DNA of 64,000 nucleotides from Escherichia coli (GTDB lineage Bacteria; Pseudomonadota; Gammaproteobacteria; Enterobacterales; Enterobacteriaceae): NCBI RefSeq assembly GCF_016026235.1, contig NZ_CP065613.1; one strand, 5' to 3'. Shown piece by piece: positions 55,746 to 64,000 of this stretch (position 1 is its first letter; each line of letters starts with the position of its first letter). The notes under the pieces were generated by a model. It saw only the letters and a program-made list of their open reading frames with translations, ran no database searches and was not told where the DNA came from. The position numbers and the translations under genes were made by a program.

Positions 55746-55749
<4 letters not shown>
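54745..55749 (-). CDS. dppF: dipeptide ABC transporter ATP-binding protein DppF
   Basis: 334-aa ORF with Walker [10 protein letters not shown]; 4-nt overlap with dppD. Confidence 0.9.
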
Positions 55750-56729
<980 letters not shown>

Positions 56730-56739
56730 CTCGAACCTC

Positions 56740-57642
56740 TTACTGCTTCAGTTTGGGATCGAGCGCGTCACGCAGACCGTCACCCATCAGGTTAAATGCC
56801 AGCACCGTCAGCAGGATCGCCAGACCAGGGAAGGTCACGACCCACCAGGCGCTTTGCGCGAACTGCAACACGTCAGAGAGCATGGTGCCCCACTCTGGTG
56901 TTGGCGGCTGCGCCCCCATGCCGAGGAAACCAAGAGCAGCCATATCGAGAATGGCGTTAGAGAAACCGAGCGACGCCTGAACAATCAGAGGCGCAAGGCA
57001 GTTCGGGAAGATGTTAATAAACATCTGACGCATCGCCCCGGCACCTGCCACGCGAGACGCGGTAACGTAATCGCGGTTAACTTCCACCAGCACGGCGGCG
57101 CGGGTTAAGCGCACATAGTGCGGCAAGGCAACAAAGGTCAGCGCCAGCGCGGCGTTACCAATCGACGGGCCGAAAATCGCCACCAGCACCAGTGCCAACA
57201 GCAGACTTGGCAGCGCCAGCATGATATCGACCACGCGCATGATGATGTTATCGACCAGGCCGCCAAAGTAACCGGCGATCAGGCCGAGAATAACGCCCAT
57301 AATCAGCGATAACACCACCACCAGACAGCCAACCAGCAGCGATAAACGCGCGCCGTACATCAGCCGCGACAGCACATCACGGCCTACGTCATCGGTGCCC
57401 AGCAAGTGCGCCATGCTGCCGCCTTCCTGCCAGGCGGGCGGGGCAAGCAGCGCATCGCGGAATTGTTCCGCCGGGTTATAGGGAGCAATCCAGTTGGCAA
57501 AGATCGCGATAAACAGCACGATGACGACGTAAACCAGCCCGACGACCGCGCCTTTGTTGCGTTTAAAATAGTGCCAGAACTCCTGTAACGGGGTCATCGG
57601 CACCGGTGCGCTAATCACTTTATTTTCAGTAACCTGTGACAT
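56740..57642 (-). CDS. dppC: dipeptide ABC transporter permease DppC
   Basis: 300-aa multi-TM ORF; synteny. Confidence 0.9.
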   Translation of the reverse strand: MSQVTENKVISAPVPMTPLQEFWHYFKRNKGAVVGLVYVVIVLFIAIFANWIAPYNPAEQFRDALLAPPAWQEGGSMAHLLGTDDVGRDVLSRLMYGARLSLLVGCLVVVLSLIMGVILGLIAGYFGGLVDNIIMRVVDIMLALPSLLLALVLVAIFGPSIGNAALALTFVALPHYVRLTRAAVLVEVNRDYVTASRVAGAGAMRQMFINIFPNCLAPLIVQASLGFSNAILDMAALGFLGMGAQPPTPEWGTMLSDVLQFAQSAWWVVTFPGLAILLTVLAFNLMGDGLRDALDPKLKQ

Positions 57643-57651
57643 GATGTCCCC

Positions 57652-58671
57652 TTACTTCTTATGACGAATACGCGGGTTCACCACGCCGTACAGCAGATCG
57701 ACCAGCAGATTGACGAGGATAATCATCGTCGCCACCAGCAATACGCCGCCCTGCACTACCGGATAGTCGCGGCGTTGCAGTGCGTCAATCAACCAGCGCC
57801 CCAGACCGGGCCACGAGAAGATGGTTTCGGTCAGAATCGCCCCCGCCAGCAATGTTCCCACCTGGAGGCCGATAACGGTCACTACCGGCAGCATCGCGTT
57901 ACGCAGCGCATGGACGATAATCACCCGCATGCGGGTCAACCCTTTGGCGCGCGCGGTGCGGATGTAATCTTCACCCAGCACTTCCAGCATCGAGGAGCGT
58001 GTCATACGCACAATGACCGCCAGCGGAATAGTACCCAGCACAATGGCGGGCAAGATCATATGGGCGACGGCATCGATAAAGTTACCGTCTTCACCCCAGA
58101 TGGCGGTGTCGATCAGCATAAAACCGGTTAACGGATTGGAATCATCGAGGAACACCATATCGCTCACGCGACCGGAGACGGGTGTCAGGTTCCAGTGCAC
58201 CGAAACCAGCATGATCAGCATCATGCCCCACCAGAAGATAGGCATTGAATAACCTGTCAGCGCCAGGCCAACCGCTGTGTGATCGAAAATGGAACCGCGT
58301 TTAACCGCAGCCAGCACACCAACCGGAATACCGACTGCCGTAGCAAAAATCATCGCGCAGACGCCAAGTTCCAGCGTGGCCTGAAAGCGCGGCACGAACT
58401 CTTCCCATACTGGAATTCGGCTTTTCATTGAAATGCCTAGATCGCCATGCATAACGCCCCAAATGTAATGGAGATACTGCTGCCACATCGGTTTATCTAA
58501 GCCGAGTTCAGCCAGCAGCTGCGCGTGACGCTCTGGGGAGATCCCACGCTCGCCCGCCATGATCATCACCGGATCGCCCGGGATCATGTGGACAAAGGCA
58601 AATGTGAGAAGGGTAATACCGATAAACGTGGGGATGACGAGTCCCAAACGTCGGAGAATAAACTGCAACAT
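57652..58671 (-). CDS. dppB: dipeptide ABC transporter permease DppB
   Basis: 339-aa ORF from ATG 58671 (MLQFILRRLG...); upstream extension rejected. Confidence 0.9.
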   Translation of the reverse strand: MLQFILRRLGLVIPTFIGITLLTFAFVHMIPGDPVMIMAGERGISPERHAQLLAELGLDKPMWQQYLHYIWGVMHGDLGISMKSRIPVWEEFVPRFQATLELGVCAMIFATAVGIPVGVLAAVKRGSIFDHTAVGLALTGYSMPIFWWGMMLIMLVSVHWNLTPVSGRVSDMVFLDDSNPLTGFMLIDTAIWGEDGNFIDAVAHMILPAIVLGTIPLAVIVRMTRSSMLEVLGEDYIRTARAKGLTRMRVIIVHALRNAMLPVVTVIGLQVGTLLAGAILTETIFSWPGLGRWLIDALQRRDYPVVQGGVLLVATMIILVNLLVDLLYGVVNPRIRHKK

Positions 58672-58821
58672 AACCCGGATTCTCTGTAGTGACCCGCAGC
58701 CTGGAACTGCGTGTCTGTATTGCTCACAAATCAATTCCCGCCCAGGTCGGGCAGGGAATGAAGTATTGCTGCCGGATGGCGCTGCACGCAGAGGCACAGC
58801 GCCACCGGGTATGGCTTTTAA

Positions 58822-60429
58822 TTATTCGATAGAGACGTTTTCGAAGTGATGTTTGCCTAATGGATCAACCACATAGCCTTTAACTTCTTTGCGTACCGGT
58901 TCAAACACGGTGGAGTGAGCGATGATCAGTGCCGGAGCCTGATCGTGCATCACCACCTGCGCTTGCTTGTACAGTTCAACGCGTTTGTTATGGTCGTCGG
59001 TAGCACGCGCCGGTTGAATCAGATCTTCAAACGGTTTGTAGCACCATTTTGAGTAGTTGGAGCCTTGTTCAGAGGCGGCGCAGCTGAACAGAGTGGCGAA
59101 GAAGTTATCCGGGTCCCCGTTATCGCCAGTCCAGCCCATCATTACCGTCTGGTGCTCGCCATCTTTCGCACGCTTGAGGTACTCACCCCATTCGTAGGTG
59201 ACAATTTTGGCCTGCACGCCGACTTTCGCCCAGTCAGCCTGAATCATCTCCGCCATGCGGCGAGCGTTCGGGTTATACGGACGTTGTACCGGCATCGCCC
59301 ACAGGTCGATGGAGAAACCTTTTTCCAGACCCGCTTCTTTCAGCAAGGCTTTCGCTTTTTCAGGATCGTAGGTGTAGTCCTGAACGTCGTCGTTATAGCC
59401 CCACATGGTTGGCGGGATCAGGTTTTTCGCTGATACGCCCGCGCCCTGATAAACCGCTTTGATGATCGCGTCTTTGTTCACCGCGTAGGTCAGAGCCTGG
59501 CGAACTTTCACGTCATCGAGTGGTTTTTTCTGCACGTTATACGAGAGATAACCGACGTTCAGCCCCGGCATTTCCATCAGATTGATGGATTTATCCTGCT
59601 TCATGCGAGCAATATCTGCCGGGTTCGGGTACGGCATCACCTGGCATTCATTCTTCTGCAATTTAGCGTAACGCACGGAAGCGTCAGGGGTAATAGAGAA
59701 GACCAGCGTATCGATCTGCGGTTTGGTGCCCCAGTAGCCATCAAACGCTTTGTAGCGGATACGGGAATCTTTTTGATACTGCTGTAACTGGAACGGACCG
59801 GTACCGATTGGGTTGAGGTCCAGTTTTTCCGGTGTACCAGCTTTCATCATCGCGTCAGCATATTCTTTTGACAGAATAGAGGCGAAGTCCATTGCCAGAT
59901 CAGCGAGGAACGGCGCTTCCGGTCGAGTCAGCACAAACTGAACGGTGTTGTCGTCCACCTTTTTCACTTCGCTGATCAGCTCTGGCAAGCCCATGCCTTC
60001 GAAGTATTCGTAGCTGCCGCCAGATACTTTATGGTACGGGTTTTGCGCGTTTTTCTGACGATCAAACGAGAACACCACGTCATCGGCGTTCATTTCGCGC
60101 GTCGGTTTGAATTCTTTATTGTCGTGCCACTTCACACCTTTACGCAGATGGAAGGTGTAGGTTTTACCGTCTTCGCTGACTTCCCACTTTTCAGCGAGGC
60201 CCGGGATCACTTCAGTGGTGCCGATTTTAAATTCAACCAGGCGGTTATAAAGCGGTACGGAAGAGGCGTCATAGGTGGTACCGGAGGTAAACAGCTGCGG
60301 GTTAAACCCTTCCGGAGATCCTTCTGAGCAATAAACCAGAGTTTTAGCCTGAACACTTGCTGCGACGGTCATAGCCACCAGGCTGAGACCAAGCTTCAGC
60401 ATCCCTGACTTTTTCAAGGAAATACGCAT
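58822..60429 (-). CDS. dppA: periplasmic dipeptide-binding protein DppA
   Basis: 535-aa ORF with signal peptide; recalled identity. Confidence 0.95.
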   Translation of the reverse strand: MRISLKKSGMLKLGLSLVAMTVAASVQAKTLVYCSEGSPEGFNPQLFTSGTTYDASSVPLYNRLVEFKIGTTEVIPGLAEKWEVSEDGKTYTFHLRKGVKWHDNKEFKPTREMNADDVVFSFDRQKNAQNPYHKVSGGSYEYFEGMGLPELISEVKKVDDNTVQFVLTRPEAPFLADLAMDFASILSKEYADAMMKAGTPEKLDLNPIGTGPFQLQQYQKDSRIRYKAFDGYWGTKPQIDTLVFSITPDASVRYAKLQKNECQVMPYPNPADIARMKQDKSINLMEMPGLNVGYLSYNVQKKPLDDVKVRQALTYAVNKDAIIKAVYQGAGVSAKNLIPPTMWGYNDDVQDYTYDPEKAKALLKEAGLEKGFSIDLWAMPVQRPYNPNARRMAEMIQADWAKVGVQAKIVTYEWGEYLKRAKDGEHQTVMMGWTGDNGDPDNFFATLFSCAASEQGSNYSKWCYKPFEDLIQPARATDDHNKRVELYKQAQVVMHDQAPALIIAHSTVFEPVRKEVKGYVVDPLGKHHFENVSIE

Positions 60430-60436
60430 TATTCTG

Positions 60437-60462
60437 CTCCAATTGTGATGTTTGTTGTTTTA
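60437..60462 (-). promoter_or_regulatory. dppA 5' leader C/A-rich element (GcvB sRNA target) next to the SD
   Basis: minus-strand AAACAACAAACAUCACAAUUGGAG seen immediately upstream of the dppA ATG; known GcvB pairing site. Confidence 0.5.
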
Positions 60463-60995
60463 ACCCTTTGCAGTGGGTTGTCGCTGCCTGACCTTTTTTG
60501 TTTTTTGCCCGGTCGGGTCAACGTTATGAGGTGGGGATGCCGTACTAATTAACATCAGTGTAACAGTGCGGATCCTCCATAAAATGCCCCTCGTGACCTA
60601 CAATCTGTCAACAGAATGTGAAAACGTCAATACAGCCAACCGGGATTTACACCAACGGTGAGAATCCACAAACAAAGATTAAAAAAACTTCAAACAGCTA
60701 TTTGCAGCAGAGAAATTTGTGCTACTCCAACATGACCAGAACAATCAGCTTAATATTTAGCAACATTTGGTGATTAAGTTTTATGCATTTAATGAAAAAA
60801 ATCTGAGGAAAAGGTGGATATCTGAGCGATTAATACCATGAACGCTAAAACGCACAGCGGAAAATGCCAGCGCCAGCCATAAGTAACGCAAAAAAAGATT
60901 TAAGCAAATATAAAAAAAGACAATGGTTTCTGTCACAAATCCGTTAATGGATAGTGAGATATGGGGCGCAAATTTGGCAGGGAAATGTGTGGTGT

Positions 60996-61085
60996 GTAGG
61001 TCGAATAAGGCGGTCGCGCCGCATCCGACAATAAGTGCGGTGCCGTTGCCTGATGCGACGCTGACGCGTCTTATCAGGCCTACGT
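60996..61085. repeat. REP element cluster
   Basis: GTAGGTCGAATAAGGCGGTCGCGCCGCATCCGAC... and GCCTGATGCGACGCTGACGCGTCTTATCAGGCCTAC seen. Confidence 0.6.
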
Positions 61086-61140
61086 CGAGTCGAACCTCCC
61101 TGCCCCCGGAGGTTCTCATCCTCATGGGTTGCAGAAAGCA

Positions 61141-61166
61141 AAAAACCAGCCCGTAGGCTGGTTTTT
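61141..61166 (-). terminator. intrinsic terminator downstream of proK
   Basis: stem aaccagcc/ggctggtt followed by T5 on the minus strand, 7 nt past the tRNA 3' end. Confidence 0.6.
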
Positions 61167-61172
61167 CTAAAT

Positions 61173-61249
<77 letters not shown>

Positions 61250-61340
61250 AATGCGGGGCGCATCTTACTGCGCAGATACGCCCTCGTCAATCCCTTAATA
61301 GCAAAATGCCTTTTGATCGGCGAGAAAGTCAGCAGGCCTC

Positions 61341-63032
61341 TTAGTTAGCCGCTGCCTCTTTTGTCTGCGGGATGTGACACCAGTTGTTGTTTTCGTTAAT
61401 TCCACCATCCGGTGAAGTATAGCCAAGACAACCCATGATGGTGTCGTACAGCTCTACGTGACGGCGTGGCACTTTCATGTCGGCTGCTTTTTTCAGCTGC
61501 GCAAACGCCTGCGCATTGACCGGATTTTCCAGATATTTATCTGACATCCAGACCATCATCGGTACGCGGAACTGCTCCGGCGGTGCCAGTTCACGCGGCG
61601 TGCCGTGCAGGTGCTCGCGTTCATTAATTGACTCGCCGTGGTCAGCTGCGTAGAACACAATCGCTTTCTTATCGCGAACCTGATCAATCACACTGGAGAT
61701 AAAGTGATCCACATAGGTCACCGAGTTGTCATAGGAGTTGATCATCTGCGCTTTGGTACATCCGCTATCAACACCAATACATTCCGGCTTCCACTGCGCA
61801 AAGCTGCGCGGGTAACGCTGGGTGTAGTTAAAGTGCGAACCTTTGGTATGCAGAATGATCAGATGCTTACCATCCGGGTTGCGCCCCAGCGGTTGCTGCA
61901 TTTCGTCTACCAGCAACATATCATCTACCGGCTTGCCACGGTTACGTGGCTCCGCACCAATCTGTTCACGGTAAGCAATATTGTCCGCCATCGTATTGCT
62001 GTAGAACCACATTTCGCTCTGCATAGCGTAGAGGTCAGAACTGAATCCTAACTGCTTCAGTACCGCGAAAATGTTCTGTTCTTTTAATGTGCGCTGCGGA
62101 TTATCTTCCGCGCCCCCCTGACGTACAAACATGCAACGCAGAGAGAGTTTGGTTGCGGTATCACAGGAGTAACCACGGAACGCCGCCAGATTTTTCTCCT
62201 GGGCCAGCTTCGGCGTGGTATTACGCTCATAGCCGAAAATGCCCATATGGTCCCAACGCGTGGTTTCACCGATGATAAACACGACATAAGTGTCATTAAC
62301 ATTTTGCGGTGCCTGATAAGTGAATTTCTTCGCCGGGTTAAGCAATGAATTATTATCGGAAGATTCATCGACCCGCGCCCAGGCGTACAGCCCCAACGCA
62401 GAAAGCCAGTTTGATGGCAGATAAGAGTTCGCTACGACACCGCCATAACTCGGCAAATCAACGCCGGTCGCCCTCTCCACTTTCTTCTGCTGGATATCCA
62501 GCAAACGAATCGGTGCCCAAACCATAATTCCCGCCAGTACGACGACCGCCAGGCTGCGAATACGCTGCCCTGGGGTTCGCAGTTGTCGGAGCAAGGTGTA
62601 GCGACAGCGGTTATTCCAGATAAGGATAAGAGGCAATGCGCTAACGGCGATTAACCAGAGAATAAAGTTCAGACCAACAACTTCTTTTGACAGGTCGATA
62701 TCGGTGGTCATGACGGAAGCGATGATGCCATAACCAATGACCACATTAAGGAAGGTCATGTAATAGCTGGCACCTGCGGAAAAGAGCACAACCAGCGATG
62801 CCAGAATACGCCAGCTGCGGCGGCCAAACAGCGAAAGAAGACGTAGTAAAAAGAAGGTCACCAGTACGGTGGCGGCCAGTTCAACAACAGCAGAAATGCC
62901 TTTCCAGACGGTAAAATCGTGCGCATAGCTGCCGAAGCGGCGGTAAAAAACCGCGCCATTCATAAAAAGGCCAATATAGATTGCAAGCAAAAAGCTCAGC
63001 TTCTGCTGTGTAATCGATTTGATGTATCTCAT
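61341..63032 (-). CDS. eptB: Kdo2-lipid A phosphoethanolamine transferase
   Basis: 563-aa ORF from ATG 63032 (MRYIKSITQQ...); N-terminal TM segments plus sulfatase-like domain. Confidence 0.9.
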   Translation of the reverse strand: MRYIKSITQQKLSFLLAIYIGLFMNGAVFYRRFGSYAHDFTVWKGISAVVELAATVLVTFFLLRLLSLFGRRSWRILASLVVLFSAGASYYMTFLNVVIGYGIIASVMTTDIDLSKEVVGLNFILWLIAVSALPLILIWNNRCRYTLLRQLRTPGQRIRSLAVVVLAGIMVWAPIRLLDIQQKKVERATGVDLPSYGGVVANSYLPSNWLSALGLYAWARVDESSDNNSLLNPAKKFTYQAPQNVNDTYVVFIIGETTRWDHMGIFGYERNTTPKLAQEKNLAAFRGYSCDTATKLSLRCMFVRQGGAEDNPQRTLKEQNIFAVLKQLGFSSDLYAMQSEMWFYSNTMADNIAYREQIGAEPRNRGKPVDDMLLVDEMQQPLGRNPDGKHLIILHTKGSHFNYTQRYPRSFAQWKPECIGVDSGCTKAQMINSYDNSVTYVDHFISSVIDQVRDKKAIVFYAADHGESINEREHLHGTPRELAPPEQFRVPMMVWMSDKYLENPVNAQAFAQLKKAADMKVPRRHVELYDTIMGCLGYTSPDGGINENNNWCHIPQTKEAAAN

Positions 63033-63286
63033 GCAAACAAACCCTGGACAAACAGGTGATAACACCCTGCTTAGCGGCTTTTCAGGCCCAGCAGGGGAAA
63101 AGTGCGGAGGTAGTCAGATAAGTAAAATCTACACGCGCGAATAAGTAGACCACAGCAAAGGGAAAAAGTGTGGGGAAAGAGTGTGCATGAAGCACAAATT
63201 TACAAAAGTGCAAGTCCGGAATAGACCATTTTAACGGATTAACGACTATTCAGAGATAGGTTGGGCCAGGATGCTGGCCCAGTAGC

Positions 63287-63817
63287 TTACTCATAGGTGA
63301 TGGAAAAATTGACAAGGGCATTCGCTGTGCCACCAGTGGCCTGAGTGTTGACGACCACATAGCTCGCCTTGTAGTGAAGCGACGTGGTTTCGCCATCAAT
63401 CGCCCATTCAATCGGCGTTCCGCCGGAGCCTTTGGGAACTTGCTGCGTTCCTTTATCGTCCTCTATCTTCAACGCAACACCCGTTGCGCCACCAGCCTCA
63501 AGGGCGAACATGGAATCATCATCGCTGTCCGGCTGACTGTCCATCTCAACGGTCGCTTTGGAGATCCCATCGCAGTCTTTGAGTTCAAGAGTGAAATCTT
63601 TCTTACTCAACACCGTACCGACTGTGGCAGGTTTTGGCAGCATCATAGTGCCCATATCAACTTCGAGATCGCTTTTTTCAAGCTCACAGGCTTTCGTGGT
63701 GATGGTAATCGAGAAATGAATATCTCCTGCCGGGCCAAGATCCGTTGCCGCAATCACCCCGCAGGCAACCAGACTCAAACTGGCGATGCCAGTATGCAGC
63801 AATCGTTTGAATTTCAT
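63287..63817 (-). CDS. lpfE: fimbrial minor subunit (chaperone-usher pilin; lpfE-like)
   Basis: 176-aa ORF with signal peptide and pilin-like Cys pair; not K-12 content at this position; gene symbol inferred from the known O157 lpf1 position between yhjW(eptB) and yhjX. Confidence 0.55.
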   Translation of the reverse strand: MKFKRLLHTGIASLSLVACGVIAATDLGPAGDIHFSITITTKACELEKSDLEVDMGTMMLPKPATVGTVLSKKDFTLELKDCDGISKATVEMDSQPDSDDDSMFALEAGGATGVALKIEDDKGTQQVPKGSGGTPIEWAIDGETTSLHYKASYVVVNTQATGGTANALVNFSITYE

Positions 63818-63821
63818 GGCC

Positions 63822-64000
63822 TCACTCCATTTCCAGATATATGGTCGTTACGCCTTCAAATGTCCCGGCTTTCGGTGCTTTACCCGTCGTGCTGATCGGT
63901 AAGGCCAGCAGTCGAATCGCGGCATTGCGGTGAGTCGCCGAATCCAGGCTGCTCAAATCTAATAACGTAGTGCTGTTTGCATCATTTGGTACCAGAATTT
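63822..64000 (-). CDS. 3' end of an upstream fimbrial gene (lpfD-like), truncated by window end
   Basis: manual minus-strand translation gives ...GTFEGVTTIYLEME-stop at 63822-63824, 4 nt before the next gene's start; below the track's length cut-off. Confidence 0.4.
   Translation of the reverse strand, partial: ILVPNDANSTTLLDLSSLDSATHRNAAIRLLALPISTTGKAPKAGTFEGVTTIYLEME

Overview
This window is an Escherichia coli chromosomal segment collinear with the K-12 region running from the acid fitness island (yhiD-hdeBA-hdeD-gadE-mdtEF-gadWX-gadA) through yhjA-treF-yhjBCDEG-pdeH-kdgK, yhjJ-dctA-pdeK, the cellulose operons (bcsRQABZC / bcsEFG), ldr/rdl type I toxin-antitoxin repeats, yhjV, dppABCDF, tRNA-Pro (proK) and eptB. 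All gene identifications are by recall of protein sequences and synteny; no database search was run. Relative to the K-12 arrangement it carries accessory content: the 3' part of the chu heme-uptake locus (chuW'-chuXY-chuUV) upstream of yhiD, a three-gene module of uncharacterised envelope proteins between kdgK and yhjJ, three tandem ldr/rdl units instead of one, and fimbrial genes (lpf-like) next to eptB. This pattern suggests a pathogenic lineage (EHEC O157-like), which is inference. The most interesting candidate for an undescribed system is the kdgK-yhjJ insertion (28.4-32.1 kb). Other notable points are an in-frame amber codon inside bcsG while bcsQ is intact, and several regulatory sites readable directly in the sequence (GAD box, FNR box, KdgR-like operator, GcvB target in the dppA leader, gadY sRNA). 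No CRISPR array, rRNA, IS element or integrase was seen.
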